Below are positions 23,357 to 37,135 of a DNA stretch of 64,000 nucleotides, piece after piece. The translations under genes were made by a program, and so were the position numbers. The stretch's first letter is position 1, and each line of letters begins with the position of its first letter. Origin of the DNA: Felis catus (taxonomy: Eukaryota); contig NC_058373.1 in NCBI RefSeq assembly GCF_018350175.1, positions 114,082,001-114,146,000 on the forward strand, read 5' to 3'. The notes below the pieces were generated by a model that saw only the letters and a list, made by a program, of their open reading frames with translations, was not told the origin of the DNA and searched no databases.

Positions 23357-24804
23357 GGCTGCTGAAGGGAAAGGGGCATTTGCAGTGAACTCCAACCTGA
23401 CCCATATTCTGCTCTGGTCATGTTCTTTGTTTCCCCAACAAGCCCCAAATGTTGTGCCCTGCAGATCGCAGCTGGGACCCCTGGGCCTCTGTGTCAGGCC
23501 AGGACTAAAGATTAAGATCCTGTAATTGAAAACAGCCAGACTGTGCTGCTGATGCTGCGGGAGGCCTAGGAAAAACCCAAGGCTGGTCTCTCCCAGAGCC
23601 GCCTTGGCCTTTGTGAGGCTCAGGGCAGTGGAGGCCTGCCGACTTAGTAAGGAAGCCGGGCTGGCCTGGGAGAATGAAGAGGGGCTCCTTATTCACTCTT
23701 CCTTTGCCCTACTCTCTCCATTTCCTCAGGAATCTAGCGAGCATTTGAAAATCAAGTGCCAAGTTGTTAGGGACAGAAAATAATGCCTTAGCTTCTCAGT
23801 AGGGCAGAATTGTGGTTTTTATGTTGTTTTTTAAAAAATTAAAATGAGGTATGACAGGTTGAATTTGGATTCTGGTGCTATCTTCTGCTAGTTTAGTTCT
23901 GAATGAGCAGCATAAACCTTGGGATGGGGCTAAGGAATCTTAGGGGAGCCCAGGGCACCCTGAGATGGGTCCAGAGACAATTCTGCAAATGAAGCTAGTT
24001 TCCTGTTTTTCCAACCACCTACTTAGGGACTCAGAAGAAATCAGAAAACAATGAAACAATGATTTTTCTTAAGGGCTGGATAGCTATGTACCTCATCTTT
24101 CTTGTAAAATCAAGAATGTTTGTTTGATCGCCTTTTGAAGCTTATTGGGAGAGGCATTAATCTCCCCTATTTGTTCCCTTGTCACAAAATTGGGTTGGAT
24201 TCTTCCACCCCATTTTCTTAGACCCTGAGCCAACTGGGTGATTTATTAAAAAATTCTTTTCCCCCAAATACCACCATCTACATTCATCAGATTTCAGTTT
24301 GAATTAGTAACACATCTAAATGTTTTCTGCCTAGTGGACTCAAAGTGACCCAGAAGATTCTCAATCTATTTCCATCCAGGTATGGAGGTGTCTGCTTGGT
24401 AAATAGAACCCACACACCTGGCACAGCCTGGCATTCTTGTGGGAGCCTGGGCAGAGAGCCCTGGGATTCAATGGAGCAGAGAGAGTGAACTTCTCTCTCA
24501 GAGGTCACAGAGAAGAGGGCAGACAGAGCAGGTCTGTCACATTGTCCCTGGGCTGCCAGGTGCCACTGCAGCCTCAAAAAGCTTGTGCAGGCCAAGGCAT
24601 TGTCCTTCATGACTCCCACTTGCCTCTCAGGGAGGAACGTCCCCGGGGAAAATGAGGAAGCATGACCCTCTGCCAGTTCTCTCCTCTTTTTCAACATTTA
24701 CTTCACATTCCCTGCTTCCATGGCAACTTCTCCCACCAACCCTCTGCTTTGTTTACTTTTTTAACTCTGGCTATTAGCTTCAAAGAGAGATTTTATTTTC
24801 CAAA

Positions 24805-25485
24805 AAAATATTTTTTTGGAAAATATTTCCAAAATAAAATATTTTAAATATGGAACAGGACAGAAAATAATAAAACCCATGACTTTAACACCCAGACTTA
24901 GCAAATGTTAAAATTTTGTCATATTTGTTCCAGTTGTTTTTTTTTTAATTATAGGGATAAAACTTGACAAAATTAAAAACCCCTTGTACCTATCCCTCCC
25001 TCACACTCTTTCACAGAAGTAGAAACTCTCCAGGGTTTGATACATATCCTTTCCCTTGTTCTGAAGAACTTTTCTACATGTATGTGAATACAAATATGAT
25101 ACGATGATTTGTCTTGAGTGCATTCCAAGTCTGCATAAATGGTTTACTGGTAACATCATTCCACAATTTGCTTTTGTCACTTAATGTCTTGTTTTTACAA
25201 TTTTTCCACATTGATACACATGGATCATGTTCTTTTACTTTAATGAGGTATCCATATTCATTGTCTGAATATGCCACATTATCCATTCCCCTATTGATGG
25301 AAATCTCAATTATTTGTTAACTAAGTGAATTCTGTTACATGTGCTTCTTTGTGTGCTGGTGTGAGGGTTTCTCTAGGTATACATAAAAAGTGAAACGACT
25401 GGTCAGAGGGTATGCACACTTTAATCTTTACTATATATTCCCAAGTTGCTTTCCAAGGACATTTACCAATTTAAACTTCCTCTGG
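24805..25485 (-). mobile_element. L1ME-type 3' fragment
   Basis: cacaatttgcttttgtcacttaatgtc...gccacattatccattcccctattgatgga...gggtttctctaggtatacataaaaagtg...ggtcagagggtatgcacac...ccaagttgctttccaa. Confidence 0.8.
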
Positions 25486-26049
25486 AGGTAGCAAACCAAT
25501 TGCTACACAGCTGTGTGTAATTATAAGTTGGTTGTCATGTTTGCATGGGCAGTCTTCTCATGTATTCTCTGTGGATACCTCTTTTATCTCTGCCATTGGG
25601 GTATTATCTTTCCATAGTCTCTAGAGGTATCTTCTGCACAACATATGTGCTTTATGCATATACTTAGATGATTAGTTGACAAAAATTACTTTAATTCCTC
25701 CCAAAGCTATAACTATATATACGCTTTCAAGAATGAGAGATTTTAGTCTCATCCACTGCCCTTATTTTCAGGACAGCAGACTGAGTTCCAGAAAGGCAAA
25801 GTAGGGTTCACTACCTCAGAATTGGGTTTGTAGCCCTTCACAAGTACTCAGGGCTCCTAAGATTTTATAAAATCAGAAATGGGGTGGAGCCTCTCATCTT
25901 CCATCATGGCAGCCCTACTGGCAACTTATCTTTCAGGCTTCATGAGCCTCTGTTGGAATATTCCACTCCTGTCCTGAACCTTGAATCTTGAAATCCTAAG
26001 CTAAGATGGATCAGTCACTCTATTGTAAGCAATCCCTCAAGAAAGTTCC

Positions 26050-26550
26050 TGAGTTGGGTTATAAGTTTGGCTGGGTGGAATCATAATACAAATTAACAGT
26101 GTCCACTTAATATAAATCAAAAGTAGAGGTTTACTGCTTTCTCACATAGCATTGCAGAGGAAAACAGTCCAGAACTAGTATAGCAGCTCATTCCATGTAT
26201 TTGTCCAGGGACCCAGGCTCTTAGCTTGTTGCCCCATCACACCTAGGATGTTGCCTTCATGGTTGTCATGGTCTACAATGGCTCAGCATCATTACCTCCA
26301 ACCAGGTAGCAGAATTTGTATGAGGTAGAAAATGATGATGAAAGGAAAGGGTATCCTCCTTCTTTTAAGGATATTAACCAGAAGTTACACACATTATTCC
26401 TGCTTATATCATGTTGGCCAGTCTGTAAATATATGAGAAGAAAGACTGGAAAATTATAGTTGTTTATTTGGGGACCATGTGCCTAGCTAAACTTTGGAAG
26501 TTCTTTTACCTTGAGAGAGAAGGGGAGATGAATATTCAGTGACACATCCT
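26050..26550 (-). mobile_element. MLT1 (J/K-like) MaLR LTR
   Basis: tccagggacccaggctc...ctacaatggctc...ccagaagttacacacattattcctgcttatatcatgttggccag...ccatgtgcctagctaaa. Confidence 0.75.
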
Positions 26551-27438
26551 TTTCCGAGGAGCCCAGTTGCAGAGATTAGACCACAGGGTACAATAGTACA
26601 GACCCTAGGGCTGGGCTTGTAGCATAATGTTGAAATGCAGCATAAATATTGTATTGTAAATGTTATATATTAAAAATACTAATAGTACCCTCTTTGGTAG
26701 AGTCTAGAACAGAGAAGTAGGGTATCACAATTAGTAATGCCACCAAGGATCAGCACCAAAAATTTTGGTCCTCCACCCAAAACAAAATCTCTCTCAAGCA
26801 GAAACTTTAGTATGTGCTAGTATGCACTCTGCAACAAAGATACTTGAACAAGAGCTACTTGTGCTTATAGCACAAAGCAGGGTATGAATTTGGGTCCAAA
26901 GTCATAGACTAAACACATTTTTTCCCCAAAAATGTTTTTTCCTGTCTCCACATTTTTTAAAACATGGAACAAAATGTCAGTTGGAATAAGGTTATATTAA
27001 AAAACTTTATTTCAAGGCCTGGACTATAGTTAGCCTGGATCCACACTCCTCTTTTAGAACCTGGAAGCTATTTGGCTATCTTTACATAGCTAACAATTTG
27101 CATTTGTGAAAATGCCCAGGTAATAATACCAAAAGATGTTAAATCAATTCAGGTTGTTGATTTTCTTTGAAAACTTCTTCCAAAAGGACTTGGTGTTCTT
27201 TCTGGAATATGACTTAAGCTCCATTTTAGTGAGTTCAGTTCAGCAGGTATTTGTTGAGGTATCTATTGTTTGTAAACCATGGTGCTCAGAGGATATAAGA
27301 CTAAGGGGAAAATGCTCCCTCTCTTTTAGTAGCTCAAAATCTAGTTAGCTCAAAAACAAAGTAAGTTTAATCAAAGGCAAACTGTGGCACCTATTATCGA
27401 GGTTCTAACAATGTGATATGTTTAAAAGAAATAGAATT

Positions 27439-27648
27439 GGGGTGCCTGCTGCATGGCTCAGTCAGTTAAGCATCCAACTTGGGCTCAGGTCATAATCTCA
27501 CGGTTTGTGAGTTCAAGGCCCACACAGGACTCTCTGATGTCAGCACAGAGCCTGCTTCAGATCCCCTGTCCTCCTCTCTCTCTGCCCTGCCCCTACTTGC
27601 AGTATCTCTCTCTCAAAAAAAACATAGACATTAAAAAAAAAAAAAAAA
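27439..27648 (+). mobile_element. Can-SINE (SINEC) inserted in reverse L2 fragment
   Basis: ggggtgcc..atggctcagtcagttaagc head and A tail. Degenerate TSD aaaagaaatagaat / aaaggagatagaat. Confidence 0.95.
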
Positions 27649-29440
27649 GGAGATAGAATCATTTCAAATAGGATGACTGAGGAAGGTTCCTGAGGGTAGG
27701 AGAGTAGGGTTCCTGAGAGTTGAACTGGACATCATCCTGTGAATACTGATGAAAATGGCTTTCCATTGTCTTTTAATAGAGGCCAGTTTCTTTTGCTGTT
27801 TGAGGATAGATCTGGGGACCCTGGGGAATGCTGATTAGTGCCATGTGACTAATGTTGAATCATGCTGACTAATGTGCTCTAAATGGATTGATTCAATAAT
27901 AAAGGGAATGTTGAGAGTCAAGAGTTCAGATCCTGAATTTCACCATGTGATGAAATGTAAATCCCTTAGCTTCAGTACTTCATTTTTTGGTCAATTAAAA
28001 TGTGCTCATGATGAGAATCTAACAAGTCACCTTGACTAGAAAGTACTTTACAAACCTCAAGGAGAACAGAAATGCTTAACAACAACTCCCAGGACAGGCT
28101 TGTGCAATCGTGGGTTATTCATCGCCCATACAGAATCGGAACATCCATCACATGCCGCTCCCCAGCCATGCGAAACTTCTACTTCCTCACACATGCCACA
28201 AGAACTGACAAACAGTACATTGCACTCACAAAAACTGACAAATAGAGGAGCTTTTGAAAAATCTTCCCATCTACCTACTGGGGCGGCTGTATTTTTCTAC
28301 AACAAATGTCACCACAGAACTAAGAGCTTGCCTTGCACACACAGCTTTTTCTCTCTTTTGACATCTCCCCAGCTAGACTGCTTGAGAACGTGGCCTTCCG
28401 TGTCCAGATGTTTACTGAATTCTGAAGGCCCCCCAAAGGGCCCAAGTTCTTTTGTTGCCCTCCAAATCACTTCCCACAGAGACTGACCGATGTCCTGAAG
28501 GAGCCCTTCAATAGGGAGGATAAATGGAGGCAGATGAAGACATGACCCCCTGAGGCTCACCCACGTCCACGCTAACAAAGGGTCTGAGGCACAACCTTGT
28601 AAGGAGCATTTTGGTCAGCAGCGTCCCTTCGAGAGGCCACATCTCCCCCACAGGGCTGCTTTCAATGGCTACCATCACAGTGGAAGCACTGGGCATTTGT
28701 TAAGGGCTGAGGTTTGCTAGGTGCAGCACAAAACATCTAAATCATGGTCCCCTGTCTTTGTGAGGGCTTCCTGGCTACTGATGGCAACTGGCTTTCTCAG
28801 GGGAAACTTGAGAGTGAGTGGAAGAAGCTGAAGAGGGGCTCCCACTTCTCTGGATGACCTCTTCCCACCCAGCCCAGAGAGGGCTTTTGTCTGTAGCCAT
28901 CAGCAGTCAAGCCAGGGCTGTGGGACCTTACCCCACACCGATGCTGTGTTTCTGGGTATCCCTGGTTTGTGAGGCTGTTGGCTCCCTAGGTAATAGACAG
29001 GTATGTATGTAAGAGGAATACAGCTGGAAGGAAAGTTTTGTTTAGACTACTAGTGAGAAGTTAGTGCATTTCATGACAACACAGTTTTGTTTTGTTTTGT
29101 TTCGTTTTTTTCAAACTGACTTTCTCTCCCTCTCTCTCTTTTTTTTTTTTTTTCTCCTTTAGGCCAACAGAGGCCATAAGGGACACTATGACCTTTGTCT
29201 AGAGCTGATGGGGGCACGATTTGTGAAATGAAACAGGATGGTGCTGCTTGGAAGAAGGACAGGAAGCCAGCATAATGGGGATTAATTAGTTGATTGATGT
29301 TGATACGGTAACAGATTTGCCCCCATACCCTTGAGCCAGCCATCTCAGACCTAGCAGGGAAGGTGAGGATGAAGAAGCCTTTGTTCAGGTCTCTAGATGC
29401 ATAGGGCTGAAGGCTTTGCGCCATGGGATGTCAACAGCCG

Positions 29441-29550
29441 TAATAATAATAATTTGCACTTATATAGCACCTTTCAACCAGGCACCTCAAAGCGGTTTAG
29501 CCACGTTAATTAATTAAAGCCCACAATCCCCCTGGGGAGAGGAGGAGGAT
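29441..29550 (-). mobile_element. Ancient amniote-type MIR (CORE-SINE) tail fragment
   Basis: taataataataatttgcacttatatagcacctttcaacc..cacctcaaagcggtttagccacgttaattaattaaagcccacaatccccctgggga resembles the reverse 3' part of MIR1_Amn-like elements. Confidence 0.55.
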
Positions 29551-30171
29551 GACTAACAGGATTTGTAATTACAGGAGGGAACATTTCCGAATAAAGTATT
29601 GTCCACCATGTAAAAAGAGTGGGTGTAAAGGAATTGGGGTCTCCAAAGAGTAACTGATTCAGAAGTGAAATCATGGAAAGATGGGGAGGCTGGGGGCGGG
29701 CATGGGGGTGGGGGTCTGCTCTTGTGTCAGAGGGAGGTCAATGGGCTCAGAATTCACTGACAGGTTCGGATCCAACTGAGAAGCGGAACATGTATGGCAT
29801 TAGTGGCATTTGGAAGGTCATTAGTGGCACAACCATTGTGGTGTAAATTCAAGTTTCACTAGTATATTGTGTATAGCCTTGCAGAACAAAGAGTGAGATT
29901 CATGCAGTATTTAATAAAGGATGAAATGAGTTCTTTGGATTTAAAGCCCAAAGCTGGGCCAGTCAATTAGCAAATAAACCAATTGGTGACCCATAGGATA
30001 ATTTAGTTGTTTCCAGCAGAACACCCAGCCTAAGCCCTCCTACTGTCATGAAGTTTCCAACCAAAGCTTCAAGGCTAGGTTCAGTACAAGGCCTTGAGGC
30101 TACGACCCTTCAAAGCCAGGCATCAAATCTTCCCGCCTTTGGCATGGGTACCTTTCTCTCTCTCTCTCTCT

Positions 30172-30195
30172 TTTTATTATTGCTTATTTATTTTT

Positions 30196-30244
<49 letters not shown>

Positions 30245-30411
30245 CATGAGCCAGGGAGGGACAGAGAGAGAGGGAGACACAGAATCTGAAGCAGTCTCCA
30301 GGCTCTGAGCTGTCAGCACAGAGCCCAACACGGGGCTCGAACTCACGAACCGCTAACTCATGACCTCAGCCGAAGTCAGACACTTAACTGACTGAGCCAC
30401 CCACGTGCCCC
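30172..30411 (-). mobile_element. Can-SINE (SINEC) with long (GA)n
   Basis: tttatttatttttgagagag...cagaatctgaagcagtctccaggctctgagctgtcagcacagagccc...gagccacccacgtgcccc. Confidence 0.96.
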
Positions 30412-30519
30412 AGCATAGGGACCTCTCTTACCCAAGTTGTTAGTGACTCCCCCAAGCTGTCCTCTATAGAATCATTTTATACCTGCTCCCCCTCCAGAGG
30501 TTTTTAAATGCTTTGGAGT

Positions 30520-30960
30520 CTACAGTCAAGTCATCCTATCTCATGTTTCCTGTCAGTGCCCACCAGAATGCTGTGCACCAAGTAGGTACAGATCAGTGAA
30601 GAATAACTGAATGACTGTCTTTGAACAACTTAGTATTTGTTGAGTACATACCAAGTGCTAGGGTGAAGCTCACAAGAGCAGGAGGATATGTGTCTCGTCC
30701 TCGAGAACTATATTGTAGGGTATGGAAAAGACTCATATTCTACTAACTCATATACTATAAAACAGAATAAAATGAAATGACATGATAGATGTGTATCCAA
30801 GCCACATGCTACAAGGGCAAGAGTGGGAACGTTTGATCCAGCTGGAGTGAGTCAGGGAAGGTGTTCCTGGAGAGCAAACAATGTGCTGGGCATAGGAAGG
30901 CAATAAGGATTTGGGTAGACCTGGAAGAGGTCATGGAGGCAGATTTTCCAGACTGTGGTC
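30520..30960. mobile_element. L2 fragments (one plus-strand 3' end, one minus-strand piece)
   Basis: cagaatgctgtgcaccaagtaggtacag..gaataactgaatga, followed by tatttgttgagtacataccaagtgctagg...gagtcagggaaggtgttcctggag. Confidence 0.6.
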
Positions 30961-31464
30961 ATTTGTCTCCCTTTGAGTGAGATGCATTTTGAGAACTTGT
31001 GGTCTTCAATAGAACATTTGTGAAAAGCAAGCTGAGTTTTTGCAGCTGATTAAATGTACATTTCCTGTGAGTTCCTATTATGTGAATTGGCTAATTTCAA
31101 ACATCAAAGGACTATTTGAGAAGTTGGGAAAGATATTTTATTCTCTGTAACTATTAATTTGGTTTCTTTGCACTTTTATTGCCCGCCAAGAAAGAAAAGC
31201 TGGATAGTTCACACATTAAAACAGGGCACTCAAAAGTGTCTGAGAAAGGTACAAGGCAGACACCTCCCAATTCCAAATGTCAAGGAATAAACGTCTTCCT
31301 CCTTGAGCCTATTTTTTCGACACCAGGAATCCCTAAGACAGGGCTCTACACCCAGTGACTGACAAATCAATCCCCACACTCTCCTGGTCCAAGTTCCAAC
31401 AGAGCTTTTCACCGCAAACCACATTGCCAGGACAGACCTATGTGCCATTTTTGCATTGTGCCAA

Positions 31465-31650
31465 TATTTATTAAGTGTTGCTGCAGGTCTGACACACACT
31501 ATACATGCAAAAGCTTACCTAATCCTAACAGTCTCACGAAGTAGGACTTTGCATCATTCCTCCTGTGCAGATGAGCAATGAGGCAAGAAAAGTTCAGTCT
31601 CTCGCTAAAAAGTGATGGAATGTGGATTTGAACCCACTTGGTCCTGCTTC
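31465..31650 (-). mobile_element. MIR SINE
   Basis: atatttattaagtg...ctaatcctaacagtctcacgaagtagg...tgcagatgagcaatgaggcaag...ggatttgaaccca. Confidence 0.75.
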
Positions 31651-32754
31651 TTCCTCTCTCACCCCTCACCTGTCTAGTATTTCTGTTCATGTGTGTTACG
31701 GCTTCTTCCAGTCATCCTCAATTCACTAAAATACTCAGCACAATACTATGCACATAGCAAGAACTCCATGAATATTTTCCAAATAAAAGAATCACCAGGA
31801 GCAATAATAGTGGTTTGATCTTCCACCAGGAGGAGTGACTGCAGAAAGCCCGGGCAGCGGTGCTGAGAGTTTAGTAGAGGCTCCATAGCTACCTCCTTTT
31901 CTTTCGACCATGATGAAAGATTAGGAGACAGGCTCAGGAAAGTTGCCCCAGGAAATGTTTGCAAGAAAGAAGACACAGGTGGTATTCATGAGCTGAGAAG
32001 CTGCCAAACCTGGTACCTCCCATGAGATGCTAGTGAGGTAACTTGTATTGAACCTACTCACTGATTTCTTTTCTATGTGTGTGTGTACGTATGCAGGGTC
32101 AACTTTGTTCCCATAATTGTGCTAGCCTCCTAGGTACTCTATCAATGGGCAGCAGTCCCAGTGAAATGGTCCCTATCAGCCCACAGAGTGAACATTTCTG
32201 GATTAGCCCAGAAGTTCTGAACTCTACGCATAGGGCTTCTATGTTATATGTTGTGAGCAAAGTTGCCACTCAGGGATAGGATTTAAAAGATTATCTGGCA
32301 AAACCTGGATTGCCAAATGAGAATTCTGGAGATGGGGAATGAGGATTAGGTAATGGGTAAAAGGGGAATGAAGGCAAGAGGAAGTACAAAAGATCAGATT
32401 CAGACCTTAAAAGTGTGGTCTTAGAGCCACTTGAGAGTGTCATTTTTTTCTGAAATTTTTTCTGAAATTTTTCATTTTTCCTTTGGTTTCAATATTGTCG
32501 CCATCACTTTTGTCCTTTGGCTATGAAAAGACTTTCTTTGTTCTATTACAGAATTCAACAGAGGCCTCTTTTGCTCAAATGGAGGGAAAGATCCCATCAC
32601 ATTCCCCAAAAGAATATCCTAAGTGTGAGAGAAAGTACATTGCCTACCTCTCTGAATTTTGGTGAGGACAGTGTTCAGAAGGAGCACAGGTTCTCCAGAG
32701 CTCCAAACAGATCTGGGAAGGGAGTAGACCAGTAAATAGTGGGCATAAATCAGG

Positions 32755-33103
32755 ACAGACTTGGTTTTGCTGCCTAAACAAACAACACCCCGAAATCTTA
32801 GTGACTTAAAGCCTGCATGTCTGAGAGACTCTCCCAGGACGCTGTCCTCCATGTGATGACTCAGTATCCCATCTCAGTGTCAACATGTACTTCCACAATT
32901 GCCACAGTAGGGGAAGAGAGAGAAGGGTTGTGCCCTAGCAATTAAGTGCTTCCCCCAAGAAATGGCACCCATCACTTCTGCTCTCATGGCCAAGCAGTCA
33001 TGCATCCAAGCCCAGCTGCAAGAAGGTGGGAAGTACAGACCTCCTCTGTATTTGGAAGAGAAGGAGAACTAGATATTAGTGAACACTTATAATGCCTGCC
33101 ACA
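32755..33103 (-). mobile_element. MLT1 (K/L-like) MaLR LTR
   Basis: ttgctgcctaaacaaacaacaccccgaaatcttagtgacttaaa...gaaatggcacccatcacttctgctc...gaactagatattagtgaacac..ctgccaca. Confidence 0.8.
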
Positions 33104-33562
33104 TAATGCTATAGCCAGTGAGCTGGCACATATCTCCTTCTTTCACATTCATGCCTTGTATATACCTTTCCTTTAGATCACCCAGCACATATTGAAGACT
33201 TATGGGTTAGTGTTGAGGAAAGAAAACCAAATAGTTTTCTAGTCTACAGGCATTTTTGTCTACAGGCAACCATTTTGAAAGAGGTGTAGCCACAGAAAAC
33301 CAGTTAACTCTAGGTACTTTCCCCATGGAGCTATCAGACACTAATAACTCCAGGAAAGGCTAAGGGGTTAAAGAGAGTCATGGCCTGATTTCAGTAATAC
33401 ATCTAAGATGGAACAACTAATTTTGAGTTGCCCAGAACCATCATGCTTCATATGAAAGAACTTCTGGAAATGTGCCCTTTCTCTTCCATTCCTCCTCTTA
33501 TTACCAGACATGATTCAAATTCCCTCTAAGCCCTGTGACTTTTCCAGAAAGCAGCTCTCCCA

Positions 33563-33564
<2 letters not shown>

Positions 33565-33594
<30 letters not shown>
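33565..33594. repeat. (GA)n microsatellite
   Basis: About 15 AG units. Confidence 0.95.
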
Positions 33595-33598
<4 letters not shown>

Positions 33599-34231
33599 AG
33601 AAAAAAAAAACTTTCCCTTATTATTCTTCCAATAATGAATTCCTGCTCTGAGTGGGCTGTTTCCATGTGTTTTCAGTCAAGTGCTGATGGCAGCCTTGCC
33701 GGGGGACATTTCCAACAGGCTGTGGACATAATAGATGGGGTTTCATATTGACAAGGGCTGCTCTCAGCTTTCCTTCCAGTTTAGCCCTCCTAAGCCCTGA
33801 AATTGGAGATGAGAAATGATTCACGAGATCTCACTAGTGAACCAACATGGCTGGACACCTCTTTGCTCCTTTTAAGTAGGTAAAAAGTCATGGTTTTAAA
33901 GCTTCCTTCTAAGAGATTTGTAGGCTTGGATCTTAGTAACTTTACAAGGACTTAACTTTCCCAGACAAGCCCACTTTTTGTAGATGGCAAGGCCTCCTTT
34001 CTTCAGGATTCAAACATAGTCTTGGCCTACCCCGACATCATAAGAACAAAGGGAGAATTTAGGACATACTATTTCCTGCCTGCCTAAAACCTCATCTCAA
34101 GTACACAAGATGCTTCCAAATAAGGAATGGCAGTAGCCATGTTTGCTAAGGGAACCAGACTACTCATTCTCCCCAAAGCAAAAGTCTTCAGGTAGTTCAG
34201 TTTCAGCTTACCTACATGGAACTCATACAAA

Positions 34232-34680
34232 CTGTTATAGTTGGGCTCTCTTCATTGAGAAGAGTCTCAGTTACCTCAGTTAAAAAGGAAAAGGTATTTT
34301 TAAGGGTATAGATGGCCTGGGATTGGAAAGCCTTTAGGAGCAGAAGCAGCCCTGGGGACTTATTAGCTCAGAGTCTCTGCTTCCCTCTGTATTTCTGCCT
34401 GAGGTACCCTCTCCCAGCAGACATACTCTACAGACTGTAGTTCTGCTTAGGAAAGACTTCAGCTTGCATGTGGCTCATCCTGGGCTCTTAAGCTCCCCCA
34501 TATATACCTCAGCCTTTCAACTTCAGTTCCCATTGGCTTTTTTCCTTGGTATTCCTAGTTGAAATTCCTAAGAGACAATCTCATTGGCTCAGGCTTGCCT
34601 TACTGTTCTGTCCCAGATAGCATCATTGGTCGTTAGCCAGCCAGTCAGCTGTGGGCTGAGGGAAGAGCTATAAATGTAGC
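34232..34680 (-). mobile_element. Old MaLR/ERVL LTR fragment (MLT1M/N-like)
   Basis: tgttatagttgggctctc...aaattcctaagagacaatctcattggctcaggcttg...ccagtcagctgtgg; degenerate. Confidence 0.45.
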
Positions 34681-36744
34681 TACCTAATAGCAGAAGGTGG
34701 GGGCATGGCAGCTTCCTTTAGAGGATCTGTGAGGGGGCGAGGACTGGATGGGCCCTAGTGTGCTCTTTGAACCCTTAACAGGAGTGCTGCAAGGATACTC
34801 ATTCTCTCTCGCTTCTTCCTTCCCCCCGCCCTGCCCCCCCCCGGTCCCTGGTTTCATCACTGTAGACCTAATTTCCAGTCACAGCCTAAGCCCCCATTAC
34901 TTCTCATCCCCCAACACCTGATCCAGTATCCAGCTTCTCAGCCTGTTGAAGTGCCCAATCACAGAGGTGTAGGACTAGTGAGTGGGAAGAAAGATCTCTT
35001 AAAATGTATTTGAGAATATATGGAAGACTGTGGAAGGTGTGGAAGGAGGAATGAAAATAAAACCCTTTCTTACTTAGCTAAAGAAAAACCTGTTCCCATC
35101 GTGGAACCAAAGTACCTTTCTTCTTCTGATCTTTGGAACAATTTCCCTTTTCCCAAAATCAAACATCAGTAGAAACATGAGAAACTTCCATGGAGGGACC
35201 CCGATGGAGCAGAGCAGGAAGACAGTCTAGCTGTGCTAATCTTGAAGAGCTTTTTTCTGACCCCTGCAAGGATCCTTAGTTCCCATCCCAGACGCGTGCA
35301 TTTCCCTAGGCCCCCGCCCTCAGGCTTCATGGAGCCCTGGTCCCAGATTCTTGAATCTCAAGTCCCAAGCAATTTACTTTCAAACTAAGTTTTAGAACAC
35401 AAGGGGTGGAGTCTGTGTAGATAAGGTCTTTGCCGATTGTGTTCTCCCAAGATGTCCAAAGCTCTTCAGTGGTGGCATTTTTCACAAACCTACGTGATAT
35501 TTTTGGAGGCTTGGTCTTGTGTGGTGTTGCCCTGGTTTAAGTGAGTCAGAGCAATTATGCTTTGTCTGAATTCACACATCAAGGAGAGGACTAGGAGGAA
35601 AATTGAATTATGCTTTTTATTCCTTAGAGACCATTGCCTCTATGCTTCATCAGAGGGTTAAAAGGCCAACCCCAAACATCTACATTCAAATTTCAGTATC
35701 TCTGTATTCTTTTCAGTGGAAGTGAGGCTAGAAGTGAATTAGAGGCAAGTCTAAACAACCCTGTATTTCCCTGCCCTTTACTGAGCTCTGGGTATGCCAG
35801 TTTGGATCAAATCATTCATCAAACCTCGTTCAAATTCTTATCTACTGACTAAAATTGCAGTGTTTCTAGGAGCCTATGCTGGTGAGGAAGGTAGTTCTGA
35901 TGATGTTTCTAAACCTGCTGCTGTGGGATTCTAGAGCCAGTTCCTCTGGATTACTTCCAGATCTCTGTTCATTCCATTTAGAATCTGAGGTTGAAATCTA
36001 TTGCCATTGTCTGTCCCCTGGGATCTGAAAACCCATCTGGGGTTTGTCCAGCCTCTCTCTCCAATACCACCGTCCAACTGCACAGTCATTACCAGTCCAA
36101 CAGCTTGAAAGCTGATGCAAATGTGGAGCATAAGCCAGTTTGGCTTTCTCCCAGTCCTCTGGGCCCTTCTGGGGTTAATCAGCAACCACCTATCTTTGTG
36201 TTAATAACAGAAGTCTCTCTAACTAGAACACCTGGAGGAAACCCATAGGAAGGCTTAAGATGAAGCCAATTTTACAGTAATTGTTCTGACCATCACTGTT
36301 TAAACTGGACTCAGACTGTCCAGAAAAAAACCCAGCTTGCTAAAACCAGCCAACTAGCTCTCAATGTTCCTTAAGCCACTTTAGGTTTTACTAATACTTT
36401 CCATGTCTACATCACCGCTCCAGAGTCTCCTTATGTTTGCACTTCAGGCAATATCTCCCTATTTCAGGTACATGAGATTTAGTGAAATGTCCTGACTGCA
36501 TCTCACTGACAGAATTCTTTAGTGGCATCTTCCCAGCACTTTCCCCATGCTCCCAGCCCATTCTGATGGTTGTGTTTACACCAGTGGAGGAATAATAGAC
36601 CTTCTTAACTGGGATTGCTGACAACTTCTCTTAGTAACTAACCCAAATGGCTTTGGGTGTCAGGTAATTATGTAGGGGGAAAAAAAGATGGGGGCTTGGT
36701 AGGTGGAAGGGTAAGCGGAGGACACGTGAAAAATAGTTTCCTGC

Positions 36745-37135
36745 TGTATTTGTCTCCTAAGGCTGCCATCACAGAATACCACAGAATAGTTTAAAGAACA
36801 GAAATGTATTTTCTCATAGTTCTGGAGACTGGAAGTCTAAGATCAAGGTGACAGTCAGTTTGGTTTCTCCTGAGACCTCTCTCTCTTGGATTTGCAGAGG
36901 CCCTTTCTCACTTTGTCTTCACGTGGTCCTTCATATGTGTGCACTCCTAGTGTCTCTTCCTCTTCTTATGACACCAGCTTTCTTGGATTAGGATTCTGTT
37001 CTTATGACCTCATTTAACCCTAATTACCTCCCTTTAAAGGCCCATCTCCAGGCACATTCATATTGGGAGTTAGGACTTGAACATACTAATTTGGTGGTAT
37101 GGGGTGGGGGGTTGGACACAGTTCAGTCCATTACA
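36745..37135 (-). mobile_element. MLT1A/B-type MaLR solo LTR
   Basis: tgtatt..taaggctgccatcacagaataccacag...ctcatagttctggagactggaagtctaagatcaaggtg...gacacagttcagtccattaca, with TG...CA ends. Confidence 0.92.
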
